Shown here: positions 19,135-28,826 of the stretch, piece after piece
Numbering within the stretch: the stretch's first letter is position 1
How the letters are laid out: each line of letters opens with the position of its first letter
Source: a virus
Virus record (IMG/VR): IMGVR_UViG_3300032356_000182
Location: 1-64,000 of that record
Reading direction: 5' to 3' (one strand)
Length of the DNA stretch: 64,000 nucleotides
Position numbers and translations under genes: made by a program
The notes under the pieces: model-generated
Databases searched by the model: none
What the model was told of the DNA's origin: nothing
Seen by the model: only the letters and a program-made list of their open reading frames with translations

Positions 19135-20384
19135 TAGAAGTTGCAAAAACGTACTACAGTACGATGGCTCATCATCTTTCTTCTCAACATTTCAGCCTTG
19201 ATTTGAAAAAGTATGGAATTGTAGCAAAGCTTATTCCGGTAGGAAGGCCATCTTATCCCAGTATAGTAGATTTTTACTCTAGGGAAGACTTTGATATTTT
19301 GTTTTTGGAAGACAGAGATTCGGCTTCTGATCTCTTAAGACTCTATTACCCGATTTTTGGAGTTGTTCCGATTATTTTCTTTCAGCATACTAGTCATTCG
19401 TGCATTCCTCGGCAGCATAAGGGAATCTCAGGTGATCTGTTTCGTATGTCGGAATTTGCTAATTTTGTAGCAGCTGCAGAAGTTTGGCTTGGTTCCAAAA
19501 GTCATAGAGACATAATCTTGAATTCAGCGGGTCATCTCTTTACTGAGGATTTTCTTAGGATGATTGAAAGAAAAATCAGGATAATTGCTCTCGGACTTGA
19601 TATGGATGAAATTTGTCCACCACAAGTTGTTGATCCTATTCGGGTGATTTTCCCTTATCGGATGAATGCTGATAAGGGATTGCCTGAGTTTTTGCGTTAT
19701 GCTGTTTTACTTCAGGCAAAAGATCCTACTGCCGAGTTTTTTGTGAGGAATGATTCGAAGAGGTTTTGCGAAGAGTTCCGACGTGCGATCAGAAACGTGA
19801 CGTTCTTTTCTCCGCTGCCTAGGGAAGAATTTTTCAATCTCGCTCGCAGGTGCAATGTTATATTCTCGGCAGCGAATCTAGAGACGTTTGGTTTGGCGGT
19901 TTTAGAATGTGTTGCATGTGGCGCATATCCTATACTACCTGATAGGCTTTCATACTCGGAAATATTTGCTAGTCATCCTGAGATTTTGTATAAAGATATT
20001 GATGAGGCAGTTGAGATGACCCTAGCAGCAAGAGGAAAAATTTTTGATAATAGCTTTGTTTCTAAATATCTTTGGAAAAATCTGGCCGGATATTGGCAAT
20101 CAGCATTGGAGGATGCTTATTATGAGTTTTATTCTCCATTTTCTAAATCTATGACAGCTGCGACTGAGAAATTGCTGAAGCTTTCTCAGAAGCTTGGCTG
20201 GGATAAGAAAGCTTTGAAAAGAGAGATGGGCTGGGTTTCAGATAAAGGTTGGGGAATATACAGATATAAGCTACGTTGCGCAGGAATTGATTCCTTTCCA
20301 GCTCCTGTGTGCTGTGATTCCTCTCTTCGAGATACAAAAGCTTCTAGAGCTAGGTCGGGCTCGAGAGAGATATCGCTATTCTAG
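19131..20384 (+). CDS. GT-B (GT4) glycosyltransferase, GTDC1/QTMAN-like
   Basis: FPYRMNADKG; ETFGLAVLECVACGAYPILPDRLSYSEI. Confidence 0.85.
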   Translation: MIEVAKTYYSTMAHHLSSQHFSLDLKKYGIVAKLIPVGRPSYPSIVDFYSREDFDILFLEDRDSASDLLRLYYPIFGVVPIIFFQHTSHSCIPRQHKGISGDLFRMSEFANFVAAAEVWLGSKSHRDIILNSAGHLFTEDFLRMIERKIRIIALGLDMDEICPPQVVDPIRVIFPYRMNADKGLPEFLRYAVLLQAKDPTAEFFVRNDSKRFCEEFRRAIRNVTFFSPLPREEFFNLARRCNVIFSAANLETFGLAVLECVACGAYPILPDRLSYSEIFASHPEILYKDIDEAVEMTLAARGKIFDNSFVSKYLWKNLAGYWQSALEDAYYEFYSPFSKSMTAATEKLLKLSQKLGWDKKALKREMGWVSDKGWGIYRYKLRCAGIDSFPAPVCCDSSLRDTKASRARSGSREISLF

Positions 20385-20400
20385 AGGAGGACGTTTGATT

Positions 20401-21069
20401 ATGAGTAATGAAGTTGTTCTATATTCTGGCGGTATGGACAGTTTGATAGCATGGTATTACCTGGGAAAACCTCAAACTCTCTATGTTGATCTCGGACACA
20501 TATATGCAAAGAAAGAGATGTCTTGCATTGAAAAATTACCTCCTAAGCCAAAGATTTATACGGATCTTTATGGCCACTACTTTGAGCTTCCAAACGCTCA
20601 GATTCCTGGAAGGAATTTTCTATTGAGTATGTTTGCAGCAGGAGCGGGATATGATAAGATTTGGATGATTTCTCAAAAAGGTGAGCAGACGGTTCCAGAT
20701 AAGACTCGTCAGTTTTATGAAGACGCTTCGAGAATGATTTCAGCTTTTTTCAAGAGGCCGATTGTTGTTGATACTCCTTTCTGGCACATGTACAAGCATG
20801 ACATGGTAAAGTGGTATTTGGAGAAAGGACTTCCAGTTGAAGACTTGAAAATCTCTATTAGCTGCTACTCAGCTGAAGAAGGTCATTGCGGTCATTGTCA
20901 ATCTTGTTGGAGAAAATACTACAGTTTGGTAGCTAACGGCATAAAGTGCGCTGATTGGTTTAATTCGGATGTGGTAGCTTGGGGAATGCAGAATTATGGC
21001 AACCGGCTAGAGAATTATGATGAAGAACGACAGCGGGTTATGCGGATTGCGCTCTATGGAGAAGCTTAA
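20401..21069 (+). CDS. queC: 7-cyano-7-deazaguanine (preQ0) synthase
   Basis: VLYSGGMDS, IPGRN, PDK, TPF, SCY...CGHCQSC; start placed at ATG 20401 after GAGGAGG. Confidence 0.92.
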   Translation: MSNEVVLYSGGMDSLIAWYYLGKPQTLYVDLGHIYAKKEMSCIEKLPPKPKIYTDLYGHYFELPNAQIPGRNFLLSMFAAGAGYDKIWMISQKGEQTVPDKTRQFYEDASRMISAFFKRPIVVDTPFWHMYKHDMVKWYLEKGLPVEDLKISISCYSAEEGHCGHCQSCWRKYYSLVANGIKCADWFNSDVVAWGMQNYGNRLENYDEERQRVMRIALYGEA

Positions 21070-21142
21070 TACGTTTTAAGCGGTGGGCTTCGTTTTTAGT
21101 CTCGGATTCTTCTAGATATTTAATATTAAGAGAGGGGATTGA

Positions 21143-22018
21143 ATGATTCTTTATCTATCTGGCTTGCACGGCATGAAGAGGCATTTTGATTATGTGCTAA
21201 GCTTTAAGGATGATAGACTTGGGGTTCTGGTAAGCTATGCTGAATGTCCTTCCTCAAAGAAATCTTCGAAGAGGCCAAAGAAGAATGCGGTTGAACTAAT
21301 GTGTGAGGCCGGCTTCACTAATATTATGTTGGATTCTGGAGCGTTCTCGGTTGAAACTCGAGGGTTAGTGCTTGATATTGATTCTTATGCTGATTTTGTT
21401 AAAGATGTTCGCTCGATGGTTCGTGTTGCTTGTTCCTTAGACGTGAGAGGGGATCATGAATCTTCGGTAAAGAACTGGAATTACCTGAGGGATGTACGAG
21501 GAGTGGATGTCATGCCTTGCTATCACTTAGGAGAGCCTCTGGAGGTGTTAGATTACTATTGCAAATCTACAGATTATGTGGCACTAGGAGGTATAGCCGG
21601 AAAATCTTTCAACTGGAAAACGGTCGTTCCAACTATGGAAAAAGTGTTTAGCCGACAGCCAGGTGTTCGATATCATATCTTCGGTGTGAACAGTCCGGCA
21701 ACCTGTATGAAATTCCCATTCTATTCGTCTGATTCTACTACTTGGCTAATCGGAGCAAGACTTGGCAGAGTTATAGATCCGAATGGTGCCGCTTGGCAGA
21801 TTAGTCCAAACTCAGCTTCTGCTCTGGATTATTCAACTTTAGATGCTTCAGGAATGCTAGCTTGGCTAGAAAAGCAGGGAATTACATTTCCTTTGCCTGA
21901 GGATTTCAGTTTTTACAGATTAAACGAAATAAATATCAGATCTCTATACGAATTGCTTGTTTTGAAGCACGGTGAAAAGAAATTTCATACTTTGATTACT
22001 AATCAGGGATTATGGTGA
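21143..22018 (+). CDS. dpdA: DpdA-like DNA deazaguanine transglycosylase (TGT fold)
   Basis: MLDSGAFS, LDV, PCYH, VALGG, HIFG, SSDSTTW; directly after queC. Confidence 0.8.
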   Translation: MILYLSGLHGMKRHFDYVLSFKDDRLGVLVSYAECPSSKKSSKRPKKNAVELMCEAGFTNIMLDSGAFSVETRGLVLDIDSYADFVKDVRSMVRVACSLDVRGDHESSVKNWNYLRDVRGVDVMPCYHLGEPLEVLDYYCKSTDYVALGGIAGKSFNWKTVVPTMEKVFSRQPGVRYHIFGVNSPATCMKFPFYSSDSTTWLIGARLGRVIDPNGAAWQISPNSASALDYSTLDASGMLAWLEKQGITFPLPEDFSFYRLNEINIRSLYELLVLKHGEKKFHTLITNQGLW

Positions 22019-23715
22019 TGGAATATATAGCGATTGACATTGAGACAAAGAAAAACGGCGCTGAGCCAGATCCCTATCTAGATCCTCTGTTGATTTTATC
22101 TTTTGTAGCGTCTGATGGCCGAGAGGGAGTTTTTCTCCGGAATGAAGTGCCTCAGTGGATCTTAGAAGTCTTGGAAGATCCTTCGGTTCTCAAGTTGATT
22201 CATCATGCTTCCTTTGAGGCGATGTTCTTAAAGCATAATTTTGGCAAAGCTTTGAAAAATGTTTGGGACACTTTGGCAGTAGAGCGGGCCTTAACTGCTG
22301 GGACGTCAGTCTCCTGTGATCTGGCTAGCGTTGCAGATAGAAGGTTAGGAATCAGGCTTGATAAAAGTGTTAGAGCTGAATTTGGAAATGGGCTTATTTC
22401 TGACAGAGGGAAAGAATATTGTCTACAGGATTCCAGAGTTCTTCCTGAAATCTATAAGCAACAGAAGGAGATAGCGAAAAAGAATGGCCAACTTTATGTG
22501 GCAGAGCTTGAAAGTTTAATGGCTGTAGTTGCTGGTTATATGCAGCTATCAGGAATAGATTTTGATGTGGATCTTTGGCATAAGTATGTGCCGATGATGG
22601 AGGAGAAACGGGCTGCGGCTGAGCGTCTTGTTTGGGATTATTTGGGAGTGGCTTATTCTGAGGATATCTTTGGAGGGGTATCTGGAGGAGTTCCGCTATC
22701 TTGTACAGATAGAGTTCTAAATGCTTTAAGACAGAAGGGCATAGATCTATCAGATTATCAAAGCTCGACTTTGGAGACATATTTGTATTCGGATGTTCCT
22801 GAGGAGAAGAAGAGAATCGTATCTGGATTGTTAGAATTCAAGAGATGGGATAAGGCCGTAGGCTGGGATTATCCTAAGTTTATCCACCCTGTAACTGGTA
22901 GGATTCACGCGAAATTCAATCCCCAAGGCGCAGATACTTTAAGATTTTCTTGTAGTGATCCTAACCTTCAGCAGGTAACTCGGCCCTTCGGAGGGGTAAA
23001 CTTTAGGAATTTATTTATAGCTGGTCCTGGCCATCGCTTTGTTGGCGCGGATTATTCTCAAATAGAGCTGAGGATTTTAGCTAATGAATCTGAAGAGCCT
23101 TCCCTGCTAAGGGCCTTTCTAGAAGGCGAAGATCTGCATGCTCTGGCTGCTGAAGCAATCTTGGGGCGGCCCATCAGGGATAAATCAGAGAGAAATCTTG
23201 GGAAAGTTTATAATTTTGGAGTTAGGGCTTATGGAGGTGGGCCAGATGCACTGATAGGTTCTGCACTTGAATACGGCATAGTGATGTCCCAAAAAGATGC
23301 TAAGACCTATATCGCTAGAATGAAAAAAGCAGATAAACAGGTTGAAGCTTGGGCTAATCGGATGTATGAGAAGATGACGAATGATGGTTACATTCAAACA
23401 CCGATGGGACATCGGCGGTATATCTCTGGAGGAAAAGCTAGACCAACTGTAGCTAGAAATACTCCGATTCAGATGTTTGCTGCGGGTATTGCGAAAGAAG
23501 CGATTAAGAATCTAGTTGAGAATATAGACAAGGCTAAGGTGGCAGCAGATTTGGTTCTGGTCGTTCATGATGAAATCGTTCTCAGGTGCCAAGAGTCTGA
23601 AGCGGAGAAGCTCAGATGTATTTTAGAGGAGTCGATGGTTCAGGCCGGAAATTCTTGGTTGAAAAAAGTTCCATGTTTAGTTGATTCTTATATTTCAGAA
23701 AGGTGGGAAAAGTGA
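22012..23715 (+). CDS. polA: Family A DNA polymerase with 3'-5' exonuclease
   Basis: DIET, WDT, TGRIH, RFSCSDPNLQQ, ADYSQIELRILA, DLH, GKVYNFG..YG, NTPIQ, VHDEI. Confidence 0.96.
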   Translation: MVMEYIAIDIETKKNGAEPDPYLDPLLILSFVASDGREGVFLRNEVPQWILEVLEDPSVLKLIHHASFEAMFLKHNFGKALKNVWDTLAVERALTAGTSVSCDLASVADRRLGIRLDKSVRAEFGNGLISDRGKEYCLQDSRVLPEIYKQQKEIAKKNGQLYVAELESLMAVVAGYMQLSGIDFDVDLWHKYVPMMEEKRAAAERLVWDYLGVAYSEDIFGGVSGGVPLSCTDRVLNALRQKGIDLSDYQSSTLETYLYSDVPEEKKRIVSGLLEFKRWDKAVGWDYPKFIHPVTGRIHAKFNPQGADTLRFSCSDPNLQQVTRPFGGVNFRNLFIAGPGHRFVGADYSQIELRILANESEEPSLLRAFLEGEDLHALAAEAILGRPIRDKSERNLGKVYNFGVRAYGGGPDALIGSALEYGIVMSQKDAKTYIARMKKADKQVEAWANRMYEKMTNDGYIQTPMGHRRYISGGKARPTVARNTPIQMFAAGIAKEAIKNLVENIDKAKVAADLVLVVHDEIVLRCQESEAEKLRCILEESMVQAGNSWLKKVPCLVDSYISERWEK

Positions 23716-23718
23716 TAT

Positions 23719-24882
23719 ATGTATCGGTTTTGTATTGATCGGGACGAAATAGTGCAGATGTTGAATCTTGTTTCTCCTGCCATCGCAGTTGGATCAACTT
23801 TCAATCCTATATTGAAATCAGTTTTGATTGAGGTTGTGCCTGAAGGGCTCAGTGTTCGGGCTTCTAATTCTTTGGTAGATATTCGAGTTTTTTCTAAGTA
23901 TAGCTTTGATGTTTCTTCTGCTTTCTCGTTTTGTGTTGATAGTATTCTTGTTGGTTTGTTGCAAAGAATGGATCCGGGGGAAATTAGGTTTGATCTTAGC
24001 AAAAAGTTGAGTATTTCCAGAGGAGAGAAATCGTACAGTTTGCCAGTTGTTGATGCTTCTCAATTTCCTGAATTTCCGAAAATAGAATATGATATGTCAG
24101 TTAGCTCATCGAACCTGATTGAGGGATTTAAGCGGGCAGCCATAGGCATATCTCAGGCTTCTGATAGACCGATTCTTCAGGCATATCATTTAGATGAGAG
24201 AGGCTTTGTTATTGCTTCTGATGGGAATCAGGTTAGCATTTTTAATCTGGATTTTGTTGGATTGGATGCAAACATATTTGCAAAAGGGATTGATTCTGTA
24301 CTTAGTCTGTTAGACAGGTGCGAAACGATTCAGCTAGGAGTTAGTTCTTCTATAGGGTTCAAGGGGGATGATTGGGAAGCTGCTATTAAGTTGGTTTCTG
24401 GGGATTTTCCTTCTAAAGCGGCAGATGTTGTGAATAGCTTAGTTGAGAGTTCTCCAGTGTTAACTATGTCTGGTGAAAAATCTCAGCTAATTCAGATTTT
24501 GAGAATTTGTGATTTGTTCTCTAAGCGCGCTTTCGTTGAGGGAAAAGCATACCATACAGTTTTTTCTCTGAGAAATGGCCGTGCTATTTTCTCAATGAAT
24601 TGTCCAGATTTGGTTGAGCTTCAGGAAGTGCTAGATGGTTTTACCTTTTCAGGCGAGTCAGAATTTGAGATTTGGTTTCAGCCGAGTCTTTTGTTGGAGG
24701 CTCTTGAGTTGGTGGAAGGTTTGGTGGAGATCAGATTCTTTGGTTCGTTGAAGCCGTTTTTAGTTTTTGATAAGGATAGTTCTGATTGGAAATATCTTCA
24801 GGTGGCTATGGCGCGTGCGCCTTCTAAAGATGAAGAAAGAGAATCAAAACATAATGATAACGGAGAGGAAGGAGATTTCTGA
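23719..24882 (+). CDS. dnaN: DNA polymerase III beta sliding clamp
   Basis: PILKSVLIE, DASQFPEFP, DRPILQAYHL, IASDG, GDFP, FQPSLLLEAL, KPF. Confidence 0.85.
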   Translation: MYRFCIDRDEIVQMLNLVSPAIAVGSTFNPILKSVLIEVVPEGLSVRASNSLVDIRVFSKYSFDVSSAFSFCVDSILVGLLQRMDPGEIRFDLSKKLSISRGEKSYSLPVVDASQFPEFPKIEYDMSVSSSNLIEGFKRAAIGISQASDRPILQAYHLDERGFVIASDGNQVSIFNLDFVGLDANIFAKGIDSVLSLLDRCETIQLGVSSSIGFKGDDWEAAIKLVSGDFPSKAADVVNSLVESSPVLTMSGEKSQLIQILRICDLFSKRAFVEGKAYHTVFSLRNGRAIFSMNCPDLVELQEVLDGFTFSGESEFEIWFQPSLLLEALELVEGLVEIRFFGSLKPFLVFDKDSSDWKYLQVAMARAPSKDEERESKHNDNGEEGDF

Positions 24883-25829
24883 TGGGCATGGATTTGGTTC
24901 CGCAATACGAATGGGCATCTGCGCGCTTTGATTCTATCTTGTCTCAAATTAAGGAGATGGGGGTAGAAGAACAAGAGTCTTGGCTTTGTGCTCTTGGAGC
25001 TGATTTACAAAGATGGGATGAAGGTCAGGATTATGTTTTGATGCGTCAAGCTGAGATTCTTTATCTGGTTAATTCTGTTTGGGATTTGTTATCTAATTCG
25101 GCTACTAGCCCGTGGAATCACGATTTCTACTGCTGGGCTGAATCCTTCACGAAGCGTCGTTCTAAATCTCAGGCTCGGATAACTATCGCTAACAAGATTG
25201 CAGTTTTCAGGGATTGGGTTGCTGAAAAAGCTTTTCCTATGCCTGAGAAAGTTTTTGTTCCGAAATCTGATCGGCGATTTGGAGGTGCTAGAGGTGTCTT
25301 AGAAGATGATTTGACGAAAGAAGAGGATTGGGAAGAAGTTCCGTTTGATCCCATCAAGTGTGATTATGCGAAACTGCTAGTTGCTCGGGCTGCAGCGAGG
25401 AATGGAGAGATGACGGATTTGGCTTGGACTATTCTTCAAGACCCGAACTCTACTGTAGCTGATTTGAAGTCTGCTTTGAATAAGGATTCTCAAAAGAAAT
25501 CTAAGCCGAAAGATGACTTTCGTGTATGGGCTAAAGATGGTGTTCTTTTAGCAACTGCAGATGGGAGAACTGTTCCGTTTGCCTATTTAGATGCTGAGCA
25601 GCTTGAAGATCCTCTTGCGTTGAGGGCCATGCAGTATCTGATGCAGATTTTAGGAGTAGATGAGCCAATAGGTATTATCAATCCACCGACGGTGCATGGC
25701 AGCAATCATATTGAGTTTGATGGGAGGACGCTAAAGATTTATCTAGGGTCTCAGATTTTAGAGTTTAACAGAGCTCAGGCAAAACGGCTCGCTGATTTGA
25801 TATATGATTCCTGGGAGAATGATTTTTGA
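24882..25829 (+). CDS. Hypothetical protein
   Basis: 315 aa, TGATG coupling. Confidence 0.7.
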   Translation: MGMDLVPQYEWASARFDSILSQIKEMGVEEQESWLCALGADLQRWDEGQDYVLMRQAEILYLVNSVWDLLSNSATSPWNHDFYCWAESFTKRRSKSQARITIANKIAVFRDWVAEKAFPMPEKVFVPKSDRRFGGARGVLEDDLTKEEDWEEVPFDPIKCDYAKLLVARAAARNGEMTDLAWTILQDPNSTVADLKSALNKDSQKKSKPKDDFRVWAKDGVLLATADGRTVPFAYLDAEQLEDPLALRAMQYLMQILGVDEPIGIINPPTVHGSNHIEFDGRTLKIYLGSQILEFNRAQAKRLADLIYDSWENDF

Positions 25830-26203
25830 TGCGAAAGAGCTTGATTGTTCATATTCCTGAGGAATCTCCAGGCAAAAATAGTACGTATGGGGTTAATAGA
25901 GCAGGTAGGGTGTTTATCAAACCTGCGGCTAGACGATGGAGCAATAGCGCTGCTTTGATCATAGGAGCTGCAGCAGCAGATCAGGAATGGGAACATCGAG
26001 AAGGTGCTGTTTATTCATTGGAGATTGTTGTAGCGAAAAATTCTAGATTCGATGCTGATGCGCATATCGCTTTAGTACAAGATACGCTAACTAGAAAGTT
26101 AGGGTTTGATGATAGGTTGATTCAGTTGGTTACGTGCCGAAAAGATGATAAGTGGGAAGGCCCCGGCATCAAGGTAGAGCTTTCTGCGATAAGTGATGGA
26201 TAA
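25826..26203 (+). CDS. RusA-like Holliday junction resolvase
   Basis: KNSTY...RFDADAHIALVQDTL...FDDRLI; matches the RusA D-x-D...D...DD pattern, Lys not conserved. Confidence 0.65.
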   Translation: MMRKSLIVHIPEESPGKNSTYGVNRAGRVFIKPAARRWSNSAALIIGAAAADQEWEHREGAVYSLEIVVAKNSRFDADAHIALVQDTLTRKLGFDDRLIQLVTCRKDDKWEGPGIKVELSAISDG

Positions 26204-26205
26204 TC

Positions 26206-26233
26206 TTGACAAAATTTTAGATTATATTATAAT
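26206..26233 (+). promoter_or_regulatory. sigma70-like promoter
   Basis: TTGACA-16-TATAAT. Confidence 0.75.
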
Positions 26234-26264
26234 AAGGGTGCAGAGCTTATTGAGAGGATAAACA

Positions 26265-27056
26265 TTGGAAGTTGTTAATTGTGCTTTAGATTTTGAATTT
26301 GAGACTCCAAGAAAGCTTAGCTATTCCCAAGTAGCGACTTTTCAAAGGTGTCCTATGCTTTGGTATCTCAGCGCCGTGCAAAAGATTGAGATTCCACCTT
26401 CTCCTGCTCTTCAGTTTGGTGTTAAGGTTCATGAGATGTTGGCTAATCATTTTTTAGGAAAGCCCATTTGTTTGGAGAGTTCTCAGACTGATAGCTCTGG
26501 TTTTTCTTCAGCTTTGGCGTTTGAATTTTTGTCGAAAGTGGACGCTGAGCTAGAAAGTCTTGGAGTTGATCTTTCTAAGAGGCGCTGGGTTGAGGAAAAG
26601 ATTGATATTGGGGATTTCACAGGTGTGGTGGATTTTATCGGATTGAGTCAAAGCGGCCAAGAGGCTATTGTTATAGATTGGAAGACTACTTCTGTTCCAT
26701 ACGACTATCATCAGATTTTGACTTCTGATCAGCTAACTTGCTATGCTTGGTTGGTGCGGGAGGGGCTTGGAATCAAGCCGCGATATGTTTGCTATGTTAC
26801 GTTTGATAAGAAAACGAGGAGGTTGAATTCATATATTGGGAATCGGGACGACGAAGACATCTCTAGTTATCTGAAAAAGGTTGAGGCAATCCGAAAAGCG
26901 ATGACTCTTCCTATCTGGAAGAATGCCGATAGTTGTCAAGGCAAGTATGGTCTTTGTGATTATTACAAAATCTGTTGGCGCGTGGCCATTCCGGCAGCAA
27001 AACCTTGCGGTTTATCTGGATTAGGTTCAGTGAAGCCTTTCGGAGGAAAGAAGTGA
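26265..27056 (+). CDS. PD-(D/E)XK (RecB/Cas4-like) nuclease
   Basis: LSYSQ...CP, G..VH, VE, GVVD, IDWKT, QL..Y, C-terminal Cys residues. Confidence 0.88.
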   Translation: MEVVNCALDFEFETPRKLSYSQVATFQRCPMLWYLSAVQKIEIPPSPALQFGVKVHEMLANHFLGKPICLESSQTDSSGFSSALAFEFLSKVDAELESLGVDLSKRRWVEEKIDIGDFTGVVDFIGLSQSGQEAIVIDWKTTSVPYDYHQILTSDQLTCYAWLVREGLGIKPRYVCYVTFDKKTRRLNSYIGNRDDEDISSYLKKVEAIRKAMTLPIWKNADSCQGKYGLCDYYKICWRVAIPAAKPCGLSGLGSVKPFGGKK

Positions 27057-27292
27057 GAAAGAAGTATAGGAATAGCTATCAGCCAGAATCGGATCTGGTT
27101 TTAACAAGTTCAGATATCTTTTATACGCATGTACTTGATGGCACGCTGATTTTGCAACTTATGGAGGATATTGAGAATAAGAGAGTGGTTAAATGCAGAA
27201 TAGTTAGTCCAGGGCGAACAAAACTCCGAGCTGGACAAGTTAGCTCTTTTAAGGTTAAAAATCTGGTTGAGAAAGCTGATGTACAGATATAA
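27053..27292 (+). CDS. Hypothetical protein
   Basis: GTG start after GGAGG, overlapping the upstream stop. Confidence 0.5.
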   Translation: MRKKYRNSYQPESDLVLTSSDIFYTHVLDGTLILQLMEDIENKRVVKCRIVSPGRTKLRAGQVSSFKVKNLVEKADVQI

Positions 27293-27755
27293 TTTGACAA
27301 ACTGTCGAGTTATTTTATCGGGCCCAGTTAGCCAGACTATTATGTTAACGGAAAGCCCGCTGATATTGGATCCTCATAACTATATTCAGCCAGATGTTTC
27401 TGCGTCTGATCCTATCTGGGCGGATTGGCAGTTTGATTTGATAATCGTGGGCATGCAGACGCAAAGAGGTGAATGTATCTGTGGTCGTAATCTTAATAAT
27501 TTCCCATCGAGCTTAGGCAAAGTTGAGCTGCATCATGCTGTTATCAGCAGACGAGATGCGATGGGCATTTATAAGCAGAAGAGGCCTTTTCTGCTGCATC
27601 ATTCTTGTAATGTTGTGGCTGTGCATTCAGCATGTCATGCTAATCTGGCGAGAGGTCTTTGCATTGAGTTTCTAGAGCAGCTTTACGGTGAAGCTGTACG
27701 AAAGTGGTACGATGATTTGGATATGAGGCACAAACCTGATTTTTGGAGTTTATGA
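27267..27755 (+). CDS. HNH-like zinc-binding protein
   Basis: C.CG...ELHH...N...VHSACH. Confidence 0.6.
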   Translation: MRKLMYRYNLTNCRVILSGPVSQTIMLTESPLILDPHNYIQPDVSASDPIWADWQFDLIIVGMQTQRGECICGRNLNNFPSSLGKVELHHAVISRRDAMGIYKQKRPFLLHHSCNVVAVHSACHANLARGLCIEFLEQLYGEAVRKWYDDLDMRHKPDFWSL

Positions 27756-27776
27756 GGTTCTAGAGGGTTTAGGGGT

Positions 27777-28826
27777 ATGCTTTACAATGAGTATCGTCCG
27801 AGGACATTAGAGGATTTCGTTGGTCAGGAGCACCTGATTCAATCGATCTTCGGCGGTTTTCAACGAGGTCGAGTATCGCATGCTTATCTATTAGCTGGAC
27901 CTCGCGGAACAGGAAAAACAACTGTTGCTAGGTTGATGGCGGCCTATCTGAATTGCAGTTCAAATGGGAAAAAGCCTTGCGGCAAGTGCTCAAATTGTCA
28001 AGCTATAGCTGATGGAATGTTTTCTGATGTCATAGAGCTAGATATGGCTTCTAATCGAGGAATTGATTCGATTAGAAATCTTCGAGATAGGGTTGAATTT
28101 AGACCGATTTCTGGCCAGTTTAAGATTTTTATACTTGATGAAGTGCACATGGTAACTAACGAAGGGGCTAATGCGCTTTTGAAGACTCTTGAGGAGCCAC
28201 CTCCTCACATTATTTTCATTCTGCTAACAACAGAAGCAGAAAAAGTTTTGCCGACAATCTTAAGTCGCTGCCAGATTTGTCGGTTTAGATTGCTAGGCAT
28301 GGATCAGATTTTTAATCGGCTAAAGGTAATCGTTCTTGAGAAGAATTTGAATGTTTCTGATTCTGTTCTAAGCTTAGTTGTTGAAGATAGCCGTGGTTCT
28401 CTTCGTGATGCTATTTCTTTACTAGATTTGGTATCAAGTGCGGGCATTGAGAATGTTGAAGGCTATTGCTCTATTCTTGGCCGTTTGATGCCTGGTGAGA
28501 TGTTTCATTTGATTGAGCTTATTTTGCAGAAAAATGTTAGAGATGCTTATCTATATATTGATCATCTTTTAGAAAGCGGCAGGTCAATAGAGCAGCTGAT
28601 AAACTTGATTTTGCAGTGGTTTCAGGATATGCTAAAAGAGGGCATAGGTATTTCTACAGGAAATGCTGCTGGAGCAGGACAGGCCAGGATACTCCCAAGA
28701 GAGAGTCTGCTGCAGATGTCTAAAGTTTTTAACAAATCTCTCTTTGAGGCGAGGGATTTGAGATTATCATTAGAGATGGCAATAATGGACTGTATGGATC
28801 TTTTTCCTCAGGTAGGCGATTTCTGA
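27777..28826 (+). CDS. dnaX: DNA polymerase III gamma/tau clamp-loader subunit
   Basis: YRP..DFVGQ, HAYLLAGPRGTGKTT, PCGKCSNC, DEVHM, NALLKTLEEPP, TILSRC, GSLRDA. Confidence 0.96.
   Translation: MLYNEYRPRTLEDFVGQEHLIQSIFGGFQRGRVSHAYLLAGPRGTGKTTVARLMAAYLNCSSNGKKPCGKCSNCQAIADGMFSDVIELDMASNRGIDSIRNLRDRVEFRPISGQFKIFILDEVHMVTNEGANALLKTLEEPPPHIIFILLTTEAEKVLPTILSRCQICRFRLLGMDQIFNRLKVIVLEKNLNVSDSVLSLVVEDSRGSLRDAISLLDLVSSAGIENVEGYCSILGRLMPGEMFHLIELILQKNVRDAYLYIDHLLESGRSIEQLINLILQWFQDMLKEGIGISTGNAAGAGQARILPRESLLQMSKVFNKSLFEARDLRLSLEMAIMDCMDLFPQVGDF

Noticed and set aside
20287-20400. N-terminal extension of QueC
   Set aside because: Overlaps the GT gene; ATG 20401 has an RBS and puts SGGMDS at the usual N-terminal position
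21143-22018. Canonical tRNA-guanine transglycosylase (tgt) for queuosine tRNA
   Set aside because: Short, lacks the C-terminal CxCxxC zinc site, and sits between queC and DNA polymerase in a phage; DpdA-like fits better
26265-27056. cas4 of a CRISPR-Cas system
   Set aside because: Stand-alone PD-(D/E)XK nuclease among replication genes; no cas1/cas2 or array
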